Virus record (IMG/VR): IMGVR_UViG_3300032053_005343
Span: 32,001 to 96,000 of that record
Length of the DNA: 64,000 nucleotides
Strand: one strand, 5' to 3'
DNA from: a virus
Under the pieces are notes generated by a model. It saw only the letters and a list, made by a program, of their open reading frames with translations. It was not told the origin of the DNA and made no database searches. Numbering within the stretch: the stretch's first letter is position 1; the number at the start of each line of letters is the position of its first letter. Below are positions 46,722 through 56,787 of the stretch, piece after piece. A program made the position numbers and the translations under genes.

Positions 46722-47372
46722 TTATATTGTACCATAAATTTTAATAGGAGTTGTTAGTGATTTTTCTATTGACCAATTTAAAGTATGTATTCTAGTATAT
46801 AATGTTCCATAATTAATTTTATATTCTATTGACCAAGCCTTTAAGCATTGAGTTTTACCTTTAAAAGTATAATTGGTATTTGACCGAGTATTCCTTGCTT
46901 GAACTTGATTTGTCGTAAATCTACAGTTTTCTTTATAATACCCCTTATTGTTGTCTATTCTATCTAAAGAAAGACCCGGTGGACATTCGCCCATGTCTTC
47001 TAAGAAATTTTCAAAAGACCCTCCTTTTTTGGGATTCCATCTGTCGCAAACTGTAATTCCTCTTCCATAATAATTCTCATCATTTTTATTTTTGCATCTT
47101 CTTATCATATGATACCATATGCTGTGTGTTCTTGATTCTTTGCCATTTCTAGCATGACCATGTTTCAAATTACAATCTTTTTTCAAACATCCGCAACTTT
47201 GGGTAGGCTTAGATTTATTTGTCAAATGAAATCCAGCAATAATTTTTTCATTACCACAGTCGCATTTACACAACCACCTTGAATTTCTAAATTTGCCATT
47301 GTCTTTTCTTTCTTTAACGACTAATTTCCCAAATCTTCGTCCAATTAAATCAATAAAGTTATGTGACATCAT
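46722..47372 (-). CDS. HNH-variant homing endonuclease (CDCG/SCGC family)
   Basis: DLIGRRFGKL..WLCKCDCGN..SCGC..LSLDRIDNNKGYYKENCRF. Confidence 0.85.
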   Translation of the reverse strand: MMSHNFIDLIGRRFGKLVVKERKDNGKFRNSRWLCKCDCGNEKIIAGFHLTNKSKPTQSCGCLKKDCNLKHGHARNGKESRTHSIWYHMIRRCKNKNDENYYGRGITVCDRWNPKKGGSFENFLEDMGECPPGLSLDRIDNNKGYYKENCRFTTNQVQARNTRSNTNYTFKGKTQCLKAWSIEYKINYGTLYTRIHTLNWSIEKSLTTPIKIYGTI

Positions 47373-48256
47373 TTTATATCATCCAAATTTAATTTATAAT
47401 ATTTATTCGTTACATATTCTTGCCCAAGTGTATTTAAATCGTACCAAATTTTCGTACACAGGTCGTTCTTTTCATAAGGGCACAGCCGACACTTCCAACT
47501 ACGGCTTCTTCTTATTAGGCTATCACCCTTTATCCTAACGAATATACAATGAAGTTGATTTAAAATTTCGGGTATCTCTTCATCCGATAATCCTATACTT
47601 GTCGGCCCCAAATCTTGAGTATAATAAAAAGTGACAACGCAATTCTTGTATTGTGGAAACAAAATTTTAGCTGCCATAAAATAAATCTTTGCCTGTAATT
47701 TTTTAGTTAAATTGTAAAAATCCATAGTGTTTTTATCAAACGGACTATTTCTCGAACCCGTCTTATAATCAACAATCTCAATCGTATCTTTATCTAGTTC
47801 GTGAATCAAATCTATGTAGCCTCGCACACATAATTGCTTCGTCTCGCCATCTTTTTTAACTTCCCATTCTTGTCCCGGCAATCCTATTTCAAACCATTTC
47901 TCCGCATCTACAACGGTAAGATTATATGGATTATAAAATTCATCCTCAACAACTTTAAAGAATGAAGCCTTGGCTTTTTTATAATCTGCTGATAATCCTT
48001 TGCTTGTGAATTTTCTTAAATCTGGATGGGGATTTTCGTCCCATGATCGTTCGAACAACCATTCCGGGCTTACGCTTGTCTTTCCCCTCTTTTTTAATAG
48101 AGCGGCCCATTCAAGAGCCCGATGAACTATTGTCCCAATGGTTGCTGCTTTACCAGAACCAGATGATTCTAATTCTAGCACATAGGTTAGCCAATATTTG
48201 AATGCGCAGAATTTATAGGTTTCCGCTAAACTCGAACTAAATTTATTTATTAACAT
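47369..48256 (-). CDS. PD-(D/E)XK exonuclease with Fe-S staple (Cas4/AddB-like)
   Basis: SSS..C; GTIVH; RGYIDL; VDYKTG; Q..IY; C-terminal CRLC..C. Confidence 0.85.
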   Translation of the reverse strand: MLINKFSSSLAETYKFCAFKYWLTYVLELESSGSGKAATIGTIVHRALEWAALLKKRGKTSVSPEWLFERSWDENPHPDLRKFTSKGLSADYKKAKASFFKVVEDEFYNPYNLTVVDAEKWFEIGLPGQEWEVKKDGETKQLCVRGYIDLIHELDKDTIEIVDYKTGSRNSPFDKNTMDFYNLTKKLQAKIYFMAAKILFPQYKNCVVTFYYTQDLGPTSIGLSDEEIPEILNQLHCIFVRIKGDSLIRRSRSWKCRLCPYEKNDLCTKIWYDLNTLGQEYVTNKYYKLNLDDIK

Positions 48257-49002
48257 TATTTATTATAAAGTTTATTTAACCATAAAGTGGCGTGAGGTTT
48301 CAAAAACTCACATTGTTCGTCCACGCTCATATTCGTGTTATCAACCACTAATGAAAATTTATTTTTATCATAATTATCAAGAACAGTTTCAGAAGAATGT
48401 TCGTCGTTTCCCGCCACGTTTCTCAATAATCTCACGGTGATTCCACCAATCTCATTAATAGCATTTATTTCGTTGGGGAAACGACCGTCTGTAATTAGTG
48501 CCAGTTTAACATTATCATTCTTGATTTTATTAATGGTTGCATTAACCCACGCATTATCGCACATTTTTCTTACTATATCTGTTCCAAAATATTGAAGAAC
48601 TTCTCTTCCGGTCATTATTGGATCAAAATCGGCAACACAAGTTCCATCATCTTTATACGTTGGCATTTTGCTCCAATGTAAATTGGTTCGGCTATTTTTT
48701 TCATCTTCTGTACCATAACATTGTTCATATGTTAAGCCAAGAACATTAATACAAAATTCTTTTAAACAATCTGCAAAACTATATAATCTAACTTCTGCTC
48801 CATTAAATATTTTGTTAAATTCGCCTTCTTCTACTGTAAACCAATGATCATTTTTTCTGGCTTCAAGCAACCCTAATTTATTTATTTTAAAATCTTTTAT
48901 ACTGGCATTTCTTTTTAAGAAAGAAGCTGCTATGTGATTTACACAAGTATTTTTACCGCTTCGTTTTTTACCAGATACGCATACTATAAGTTGATTGGAC
49001 AT
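48256..49002 (-). CDS. deoxynucleoside monophosphate kinase
   Basis: VSGKKRSGKNT; SFADCLKE; GREVLQYFGTDIVR; ITDGRFPNE; HSSE. Confidence 0.88.
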   Translation of the reverse strand: MSNQLIVCVSGKKRSGKNTCVNHIAASFLKRNASIKDFKINKLGLLEARKNDHWFTVEEGEFNKIFNGAEVRLYSFADCLKEFCINVLGLTYEQCYGTEDEKNSRTNLHWSKMPTYKDDGTCVADFDPIMTGREVLQYFGTDIVRKMCDNAWVNATINKIKNDNVKLALITDGRFPNEINAINEIGGITVRLLRNVAGNDEHSSETVLDNYDKNKFSLVVDNTNMSVDEQCEFLKPHATLWLNKLYNK

Positions 49003-49154
49003 TCGAATCTCTCCACCGTTCTTTTACAATCAAAACATTGTTTATATGTTATACTCATTCGCCCCCAAAAAGTCCATAACCAGTCTGATACCGCAAGTCG
49101 TAGTGGTTGCATTATATTTACAATAATTCCATTGCATTCTTCGCATCTTTCCAT
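48984..49154 (-). CDS. small Zn-ribbon protein
   Basis: CEEC..CFDC; fills the operon gap. Confidence 0.45.
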   Translation of the reverse strand: MERCEECNGIIVNIMQPLRLAVSDWLWTFWGRMSITYKQCFDCKRTVERFECPINL

Positions 49155-49165
49155 ATCGTTCCCTT

Positions 49166-49330
49166 TCAATAATCATAGTGACTATTAATACGATCTCTAC
49201 AATTTTCACACAAAATAATTCTTGGTTCTTTTTTGTGTCCGGGGATATCTAATCCCACATCTTCTATGGTTCGTCCACCTTTTCTCTTGGCGTCTTGTTT
49301 ACAGATAGAACACAATAATTTAATTTTCAT
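49166..49330 (-). CDS. small Zn-finger protein (54 aa, not in the ORF track)
   Basis: MKIKLLCSIC...LCENCRDRINSHYDY*; ATG immediately after the primase stop. Confidence 0.55.
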   Translation of the reverse strand: MKIKLLCSICKQDAKRKGGRTIEDVGLDIPGHKKEPRIILCENCRDRINSHYDY

Positions 49331-50467
49331 TTAATTATCCTTTAATAAAAACTCTTTATTATTATTGTTTAATATTTTACCTATTTTTTCTAATATATCA
49401 TCCTTGCTCATTTCTGCGACATCTTTTGAATTTCCAAGATCTACGGGCACAATCCTAAAATAATAATTAAGTTCTTCTGATAATTTTTGGGTAGCCTCTT
49501 TGCCAGTTTGATCGTTGTCCATTGCTAAAATTAATGTAAGAGCACCAGCTTTTTGAAGCAATAGCCTCTGGTGTTTAGACATAGAACACCCCATTAAAGA
49601 TACTCCATTTTTAATTCCATTTTCTTCAAGTTTCCAAATGTTCCCAGGTGATTCTACTACGGTTGCTGTTCCAGTTTTTGAGATATTATATTTGGCAAAA
49701 TTATAATTATACAGGTGTAACTCTTTTTTCAGACCCTTAGAATGTAACCATTTGCTGTAGAATAAAGACTTCTCTTTCGGCGGGCATTCCATTGTTGAAT
49801 TATGGTATAATCTGCATAGTTTACATTTGTCCCAAACACTTCTTCCAGAGAATCCAACAACGTATTTTCCAGAATCATCTAAAATTGGAAAGAACGCCCT
49901 CTCAAAGAATAATTTTCCTTTTTTATTACATGATGAAATATAATATTTATCTATGATATTTTGAGATATTCCGCGAGATGGATAGTATTTGGTATCTTTT
50001 CTCAACAGGGGAAGAACTTCTGATAATAGAGGAAATCCATTCTTTTCTATTTTTTTCTTTTTTTTGTATTGTTTAATGATCTTAAAAATTTCAATGTTTT
50101 CTTCGGTTTCTGCGTCTAGTTTAAGATTAGATAAATTTAAAACGGTTGCCGCAAAAGCTACCGATTCTACGAATGAAAATGGACGATTTAATTTATTGGT
50201 CATTGTACCGCGAATAAGTCCGAATACACTATTGGAATTTCCTGAAATTGAATTTCTGTGGCACTGTTTTGTGCTACATTCCCAATGACTGGTGCGAGTG
50301 GCCCACCAAAATGATCTAGGATTATCTCCGCTATGTGCAGGACAAGACCCTTGGAAATAGTCGGATCTTTCCGTATACTCAATTCCAAGAGCGTCCAATA
50401 TTTCTGTTATTCGTTCGCAGGCCCGATCCTGTATGTAGTTAATTTCTGATTGATTAAATTTCTTCAT
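49331..50467 (-). CDS. dnaG: DNA primase (Zn-binding + Toprim)
   Basis: CPAH..C..C Zn domain; FPI..GFSGR..KW; VVES..; AMDNDQTG; KDVAEM. Confidence 0.88.
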   Translation of the reverse strand: MKKFNQSEINYIQDRACERITEILDALGIEYTERSDYFQGSCPAHSGDNPRSFWWATRTSHWECSTKQCHRNSISGNSNSVFGLIRGTMTNKLNRPFSFVESVAFAATVLNLSNLKLDAETEENIEIFKIIKQYKKKKKIEKNGFPLLSEVLPLLRKDTKYYPSRGISQNIIDKYYISSCNKKGKLFFERAFFPILDDSGKYVVGFSGRSVWDKCKLCRLYHNSTMECPPKEKSLFYSKWLHSKGLKKELHLYNYNFAKYNISKTGTATVVESPGNIWKLEENGIKNGVSLMGCSMSKHQRLLLQKAGALTLILAMDNDQTGKEATQKLSEELNYYFRIVPVDLGNSKDVAEMSKDDILEKIGKILNNNNKEFLLKDN

Positions 50468-50482
50468 TTTAAAAACCACCTT

Positions 50483-51556
50483 TTAGACAACCAATTCTAT
50501 TGGTTTGGCTCTTTTAATGTATCTATTGCATCTATAACAAAGAAGTGATAAATTATCTAAATTGAAAAGTTTCAATAATTCTTCTTTTGTTTTTGCTGTT
50601 GAGGTTGGAATTATGTGATCTACATCATATTTGATTTTATTATAGGATTTATTGCACATTGGACAACAATTATTTTGTGATATTCTTATGCTCTCTAAGT
50701 GGTCTTGTAATTGTTTGGAATTATAGGGTAAATATTTTGAAAAACCTATTTTATTCTTGTCTTTTGATATCATTTCACTTAAAGAATCTATTAGTTTACG
50801 CCCATATTGGCGGATAAGCAATGATTTTTTATCAAGATTGCTTCTTCTATTATTCGCTTGTTGCTTGGGCGTAGCCCACCTACAATTGTTAGGAGAATAG
50901 CCATCTATTAATTTATTATTATCTTTTCTATCCAAAGACAACCCAGGAGGACATTCGCCCATGTCTTCTAGAAAATTTTGAAATCCATTATCTTTATCTA
51001 ACCATCGTTCACATATTGTTATTCCTCGTCCTCCATAATCTTTATAGTTTGACATATTTGGATTAGCACATCTTTGTTTCATGCTATCCCAAGCCTTATA
51101 GGTTTTTGATCTTTTCCCAGGCTTATTATGTCCGTGCTTGAAACTTCTTTTAGCTGTTAATTCCTTACTCAAGCATCTACAACTTCTTATAGTTCCGCTT
51201 TTAAGATGGTAGTCTTTGACAATTGTTGTTTCACCACAATCACATAAGCATTCCCACAGAGAATTACCAAGCTTATATCTATTGACACATTTTGTAACGG
51301 TCAATCTGTCAAATTTTTGTCCCGTTAAATCAATAAATCTATTTTTATTTCTTTCTATAGTTTTCACTATAGCAAAACAACCACAACTATTAGTTTTACC
51401 TTCTCTTAAGTTTCCACCGAGAACTATTTTTTCGTTTCCACAATCACATTTACACAACCACATATGTTTACTATTTTTATTTTTGCCCATATATTTTATA
51501 GGGGTCAATCTCCCGAATTTTTTTCCTATCAAATCAATTAATTTTCGTCCTCTCAT
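50483..51556 (-). CDS. multi-domain homing endonuclease (two CDCG modules + two HNH-type domains)
   Basis: Duplicated DLxGxKFxRL/CDCG/SC modules; LDRKDNN..NCRW; C-terminal CPMC..VDHIIP..NLSLLCYRCN. Confidence 0.82.
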   Translation of the reverse strand: MRGRKLIDLIGKKFGRLTPIKYMGKNKNSKHMWLCKCDCGNEKIVLGGNLREGKTNSCGCFAIVKTIERNKNRFIDLTGQKFDRLTVTKCVNRYKLGNSLWECLCDCGETTIVKDYHLKSGTIRSCRCLSKELTAKRSFKHGHNKPGKRSKTYKAWDSMKQRCANPNMSNYKDYGGRGITICERWLDKDNGFQNFLEDMGECPPGLSLDRKDNNKLIDGYSPNNCRWATPKQQANNRRSNLDKKSLLIRQYGRKLIDSLSEMISKDKNKIGFSKYLPYNSKQLQDHLESIRISQNNCCPMCNKSYNKIKYDVDHIIPTSTAKTKEELLKLFNLDNLSLLCYRCNRYIKRAKPIELVV

Positions 51557-52977
51557 ATTTTCTCGTTTAAGAATGAGTGCTGTTGCTCAGAAAGCATTTT
51601 TCCTTCTGTCATTTTAGATCGAGACAAATCGGTCAAAATATTTACATAGTCCCCCTTGTCCATTCCGGGACCGTATCGCGTGTCACATATTACCAATTTT
51701 TTGACGCCATTCTGCGGGGGATCCTCTATCAACTCCTCTTGTGATTTATTCTTTAATATGCCAAAAGATGAACACAGCCATAATATTCTATCAGACGCAG
51801 AAATAAATTCCGAGCCTTCACGAGACACCCCCTCTCTATTTAATTGCACTGTAGCAAATATAGGGATATTAAACTTTAATGCAAAATTATGTAAAGAAGT
51901 CATCATAAATCCCAAAAGTTGAGTTTCCATCATGTTTGATTTCATATCGGAGGTATCCATTAATTTAATATAATCATAAATAATTAGGCATTCTTTTGTC
52001 AGTCCACTATCTAAAAATCCAACTTCTTTGATAATCCATCTTCTACATAAAGACAATATAGACTCGGTAGATAAACTAGCTATTGAACAGTGTGTAATTG
52101 GTAAATTTTTTATAATTTCTTTGCACGACCACACGGCTTCCTTTTCTTCTTTATTTGTGGAAAATTTTCCAGTCTCTATTTTTAAACATTCAACACCAGA
52201 AATTAATGAAATAAACCTATTCATTTGAATTTGTTGAGATAATTCCGTGTCAAGATACAACACAGGAATACCTAATTCGGCTAAATTTTTAGCAATATTG
52301 AGACATAGAAATGATTTTCCGCCTTTGCTTCTTGAACCCACTACATTAACAGTACTCCTTCGCAAGCCCCCTCCGATAGCCGAATCATAACGAGCCATTC
52401 CGGTGGGAAGCCCGACGATATCCTTCGGCTTTTCAGATAATGCGTTTAATGTTTGTTCAAAATTATCACAAATATGAACCATATTTTTATTATCTTTATT
52501 TAACTTAGAAGTAAATTCGAAAATAGGTTCTTCGATCTTTGAAATTATGTCATCAATTTTTTCACTACCATTTATATTTTTTAAATCTTCTACAATATTG
52601 TTGACACACTCAATACTTTGTCTTGCTAAAGACAATTTATATACTTGTACTGCTATAGATTTGGCATTGTTGTATGTTGGAGTATTTGCAAATAATGCTT
52701 CCAGATATTCTGATTCTTTTGAATTTCCATCAAATTTATCATAATTAAATATTTTTGCATTAGCGACTATTGTTGGTCCATCAAATTTATCTAAACTCTT
52801 TTCGTGAACAAGATGTTTAATAATAGAAAATATTGTTCTATTAATCGACCAATAAAAATCTTTTGTATCTAAAATTTCTTCAATATCTATAAGGAGATCT
52901 GACCCATGATTTAGGATAGCAGATAAAACAGATCGTTCACATCCCGAATCATTCAAAATATTTGTTTGTTTATCCAT
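51553..52977 (-). CDS. dnaB: replicative DNA helicase
   Basis: ERSVL; GLPTG..D..GGGLR; GSRSKGGKS (Walker A); IYDYIKLM; VQLNR; RYGP. Confidence 0.92.
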   Translation of the reverse strand: MDKQTNILNDSGCERSVLSAILNHGSDLLIDIEEILDTKDFYWSINRTIFSIIKHLVHEKSLDKFDGPTIVANAKIFNYDKFDGNSKESEYLEALFANTPTYNNAKSIAVQVYKLSLARQSIECVNNIVEDLKNINGSEKIDDIISKIEEPIFEFTSKLNKDNKNMVHICDNFEQTLNALSEKPKDIVGLPTGMARYDSAIGGGLRRSTVNVVGSRSKGGKSFLCLNIAKNLAELGIPVLYLDTELSQQIQMNRFISLISGVECLKIETGKFSTNKEEKEAVWSCKEIIKNLPITHCSIASLSTESILSLCRRWIIKEVGFLDSGLTKECLIIYDYIKLMDTSDMKSNMMETQLLGFMMTSLHNFALKFNIPIFATVQLNREGVSREGSEFISASDRILWLCSSFGILKNKSQEELIEDPPQNGVKKLVICDTRYGPGMDKGDYVNILTDLSRSKMTEGKMLSEQQHSFLNEKI

Positions 52978-53465
52978 TGGATACCCGTATCACTTTCTTT
53001 TTGTTCTAATTTTCTATGACAATTTGAACATAAGACAATACATTTCTCGACCTCTTTCATTGTTTGTAATAAATCCCGTCCTTTAGAATTGCCTATAGTA
53101 AATTTCTTTGTTTTATAATCTTTGTGATGAAAATCTAAACATCTTGGATCATTTTCACAGCACACCATACATCCACTATCTTTTTTAATATTAGCAAGTA
53201 ACTCTTTTCTTTTTAATCTTCGTAATCGGCTATATTCTGGATGTTTTGCATATAAACTTCTCATATAGGTGTTATAAAGATCCCTGTTTTCGGCTCGATA
53301 TTTTCTCATATAAAGTTTATGTCTTTCGTTGCGCCTATCCTTATTTTTAAAATGATATTCTTTCATATAGAGTCTATATTTTTCTTTATCTCTATCTTTA
53401 TTCTTCAATCTATATCTTTTGTTATATTCTTTCATGTAAAGTTTACGTTTTTCTTTATTTAACAT
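52953..53465 (-). CDS. HNH endonuclease with K/R/Y-rich repetitive N-terminus
   Basis: LYMKEY repeats; GCMVC..LDFHH..KCIVLCSNCHR. Confidence 0.82.
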   Translation of the reverse strand: MLNKEKRKLYMKEYNKRYRLKNKDRDKEKYRLYMKEYHFKNKDRRNERHKLYMRKYRAENRDLYNTYMRSLYAKHPEYSRLRRLKRKELLANIKKDSGCMVCCENDPRCLDFHHKDYKTKKFTIGNSKGRDLLQTMKEVEKCIVLCSNCHRKLEQKESDTGIQWINKQIF

Positions 53466-53479
53466 ATTATATCTTATAA

Positions 53480-54022
53480 TTATTCAATTATTTTTCCATT
53501 AATTGTATCTTGCAGGCACTTTGGACATTTTTGCCCAAAATCTTTGCTTTCTTGTCTGTCCGATTCAAAATTTTGCTCACATTGCGAACACTTTATATTA
53601 TATTTTTTGGGAGGACTTCTTTTTGTTTTTCGTTCCTTGGTAATAGTAGCTTTTTCGATATTTTTGTTTACTTCTTCTTCTGAAACATTTTCTGTCAAGG
53701 GTTTAGTTTCATTGCCATAATATCCCCTTTTATTTGTTGTAGAAAATCCAGTAGCCAATGGTGGTGTTTTATATTTATCAAAAACGACTGGTTCTTTATT
53801 TTTTGCAATTTTATCTAAATCTGAAGACTTTATATTCATTCGATTTTCTGATTTTTTATACTCATTAAGTAGTTGTTCTATTTGCTGTATTAAAGGATTT
53901 ATAATATCTGGCAATGGTTCTAATTTAATTTTTTCTCCAGTTAAAAGTTCAAATCCATTACAGATTTTTTCTAAATTATGTTGTAAAATACCCTCTCTAA
54001 TAATTTTAAGTGGATTATCCAT
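53480..54022 (-). CDS. hypothetical protein with C-terminal Zn ribbon
   Basis: CSQC..CPKC. Confidence 0.6.
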   Translation of the reverse strand: MDNPLKIIREGILQHNLEKICNGFELLTGEKIKLEPLPDIINPLIQQIEQLLNEYKKSENRMNIKSSDLDKIAKNKEPVVFDKYKTPPLATGFSTTNKRGYYGNETKPLTENVSEEEVNKNIEKATITKERKTKRSPPKKYNIKCSQCEQNFESDRQESKDFGQKCPKCLQDTINGKIIE

Positions 54023-54437
54023 TTTTTATCTCCAAATTTCTTTGTCTTATTATTGTTTGTATAGTCTGACAATAAAACTCAACACGGCGAGACAGATAAA
54101 TTATTCTAGAGAGTCTAAGCTCTACTTTTTGCGATAGTCTTCCCGCTTTTGATTTATCTTCATTAAATAATTTACCTATAACATTTTTGGTCCATTTAAG
54201 ATAGCATTCGCATTCATTAGATTTTTTCTGTAGAAATATTAAATATTGAGAAAGCATAAATGAATATTCACAAAGTCTCATTGTTGTTTCTAATCTAACT
54301 TCTTCTATAGATAATTCGAGTATTTTTTCAATCTCTGATCTATTAGACTCTTTAAAGGAGAGGCATAAAGATTTTTCCCATGCTACGAGATCATCATTGT
54401 ATTTCTTATATTCTTCATCGAAGTTATTACTTATCAT
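54015..54437 (-). CDS. helical hypothetical protein (possible recombination mediator)
   Basis: Predicted coiled coil between recA and dnaB; function is inference only. Confidence 0.45.
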   Translation of the reverse strand: MISNNFDEEYKKYNDDLVAWEKSLCLSFKESNRSEIEKILELSIEEVRLETTMRLCEYSFMLSQYLIFLQKKSNECECYLKWTKNVIGKLFNEDKSKAGRLSQKVELRLSRIIYLSRRVEFYCQTIQTIIRQRNLEIKNG

Positions 54438-54783
54438 ATACGGCCACAAATTTAAAATTGTTAAGTAGACAAAAATTAATTTTACGTTCATCTCGATTTT
54501 TTTGATTATTAAAATCTATTTTTGTTTTATGAAAAAACTTTATATGCATAGAATGCTGTTTTCCTTGGATTTCTATCACAAGCTGACGTGAAGGGATAAA
54601 AAGATCAAGATAAAATTTTTCAATAGGTATGTATACTTCTTCATAGATATTGTCCGAAGGATATTCTTCCTTTAATTGTTCTTTAATTCTTGTTTGAAAT
54701 TTTGATCTCTGATATGTCTCTTTTAATAAATATTTTTTTAAATTTATATTAATTTCTGATCCATCATATATTTTAACAATCAT
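54427..54783 (-). CDS. Vsr/DUF559-like PD-(D/E)XK endonuclease
   Basis: YEEV..FYLDLFIP..VIEIQGKQH..RDERK..C. Confidence 0.75.
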   Translation of the reverse strand: MIVKIYDGSEININLKKYLLKETYQRSKFQTRIKEQLKEEYPSDNIYEEVYIPIEKFYLDLFIPSRQLVIEIQGKQHSMHIKFFHKTKIDFNNQKNRDERKINFCLLNNFKFVAVYDK

Positions 54784-54784
54784 T

Positions 54785-55738
54785 TTATTTTCTTTTTTTA
54801 TATTTTCTAATCGGAGTTGATAAAGCCCTTTTTAATGACCATCCCGCTTTATTCAGTCTATACTGTAGTGTTTGGGGACTCATCTTATATTCTTGTGCCA
54901 AATCTGTAATACATTGTTTCTTATTTTTATAATCATAAAATTTATTTCGTAGTTTACAATTTTTGGGGGAATAATTACCATTGTTATTGATTCTATCAAG
55001 AGATTTACCCTTTGGTATTTCGCCAATATCCTCTAAAAAATTTTGAAATCCATTTTTATTATTAGACCATCTTTTACAAACCGCAATCGGAGGATTTCTT
55101 CCTCCGTAATATTTATAGGCTGGATGATTTTTGTTGGTGCATTTTTGAGCCATTCTTCTCCAGGTGTTATATGTTCTTGATGTTTTATCATTTGTACTAT
55201 GACCATGCCTTATTCTTAATTTGCTTGCCTCGCACGCCATTTCTTTCTGTAAACACCCACAACTTTTAGTGCTACTATCTTTAAGACTTTTCCCGGCAAC
55301 AATTGTTTCTTTACCACAATCGCATATACATTCCCATAAATAATTACCTCCCTTGGTTTTACCATTAGGTTTTATTGCAATAAGTTTTCCAAACCTTTGT
55401 CCAGTTAAGTCAATGAAGCTTCCTTTTCCTGGGGCTTGGGGATCAGAAGAAACATTAAAACCTATTTTTCTATTGCAACAATTGGTGGCGTCAATCCACC
55501 ATTTCTCTCTCGCGTATAAATCTTTTATGTTATAAATATTTTCAATAATCTCGTATCTAAAGTTTTTCTCTCCATACCTATTCCATGAATTTTGTAAATA
55601 TAGATTATAATGTTTATTTTTACGTAAAAATCTTATGTGATCTTTCAATCTTCTGTCAATATTTACGCTACTTCCTATATAAAATTTATTATTATTTTTA
55701 CATATAATTTTATAAATACCAGATATATTATTCATCAT
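54785..55738 (-). CDS. chimeric GIY-YIG + CDCG/HNH-variant homing endonuclease
   Basis: SGIYKI..FYIGSS..R..H (GIY-YIG) fused to DLTGQRFGKL..CDCG..SCGC..LDRINNNGNY. Confidence 0.85.
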   Translation of the reverse strand: MMNNISGIYKIICKNNNKFYIGSSVNIDRRLKDHIRFLRKNKHYNLYLQNSWNRYGEKNFRYEIIENIYNIKDLYAREKWWIDATNCCNRKIGFNVSSDPQAPGKGSFIDLTGQRFGKLIAIKPNGKTKGGNYLWECICDCGKETIVAGKSLKDSSTKSCGCLQKEMACEASKLRIRHGHSTNDKTSRTYNTWRRMAQKCTNKNHPAYKYYGGRNPPIAVCKRWSNNKNGFQNFLEDIGEIPKGKSLDRINNNGNYSPKNCKLRNKFYDYKNKKQCITDLAQEYKMSPQTLQYRLNKAGWSLKRALSTPIRKYKKRK

Positions 55739-55743
55739 ACCAA

Positions 55744-56787
55744 TTATTTTCTTTCAGGGAGCAATATATCTCTTATCTCTTTGTCAAATTTTTCAATATA
55801 TTGAGGATTACTTTTAAAGTATTCACGAACCTTTTCAAGTCCCTGTAATTTAATAGGGTTGCCATCTGCGTCTAGTATTGATGGAACAATAAACCAACTT
55901 GCACTTTTTTGAATCAAACCAAGATTTTCTGCATTGATTAAAATATCTTTTATGCGATCTACACCCTCACCAAAGCGAAGAGGAACGGCGCAGGGAAGGA
56001 ATGGTTTACCTAAAGCAGAACATATCACGGTTATCATCGCGTCGTGCCCGGCAGGTGCGTTAGTCTCCGGGTCTTTATCCCATTGTTTAGCCCAGTTACA
56101 AGTAAGCCATACGCTGCAAGCATAACCTATTGCGAGCCCTCCTTTAGTCTCGAATTTCTTTCCCATAGGCTCCCTACTAGTCATTAGCTGCGAAATAAAG
56201 AGGACGATAGAATTTGTATCATCTATTGTTTGTTGAACTTTCCTGAAAAAGCTGGCAAGAAGTTTAGGTGTCCCGCTCATATCCCGCGATTCGCCCAGTA
56301 ATTCTGATTGCTCGGCGAGCGTGCTTAGCGCAGCGATGCTATCTATAACAATTACAGCTTTTCGATTTTCCTTTATTGTCGTTTCAATAACCCTAAGCCA
56401 CTCCTCGGCGCTTAGCACCTTGTCTGGTGTAGATTTTATAATATTTAATTTCTCTGTATTTAATCCTTGGATAGTTTTCAAAAGGCTATGGGAACAGCGT
56501 CTCTCGATGTCCACATAAAAGGCGGGACGATCTGCATCTATTGCATTCTTTAGAATTTCTAGGCAGATTGAAGTTTTTCCAACTTTGCTTTTGCCACTAA
56601 TAAGGCAGGTAGCGCCATCAGGAATCCCCCCACTTAAACTAATGTCGAGAGATAATACCGTCTTGAGAATATCTCTTTTCTTATCTAGTATTTTATCCGC
56701 TTTTTGAATGATTCCAATCCCATACTGCCTTTCGAGAAAGGAATTAAAACTTTCATCAACAATCTTGTCTTTATTCTTTTTTGCCAT
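55744..56787 (-). CDS. recA: RecA/UvsX-like recombinase
   Basis: SLDISLSGGIP; GKSKVGKTS (Walker A); VIDSIAAL; FISQ; GG.A..Y; SASWF. Confidence 0.88.
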   Translation of the reverse strand: MAKKNKDKIVDESFNSFLERQYGIGIIQKADKILDKKRDILKTVLSLDISLSGGIPDGATCLISGKSKVGKTSICLEILKNAIDADRPAFYVDIERRCSHSLLKTIQGLNTEKLNIIKSTPDKVLSAEEWLRVIETTIKENRKAVIVIDSIAALSTLAEQSELLGESRDMSGTPKLLASFFRKVQQTIDDTNSIVLFISQLMTSREPMGKKFETKGGLAIGYACSVWLTCNWAKQWDKDPETNAPAGHDAMITVICSALGKPFLPCAVPLRFGEGVDRIKDILINAENLGLIQKSASWFIVPSILDADGNPIKLQGLEKVREYFKSNPQYIEKFDKEIRDILLPERK

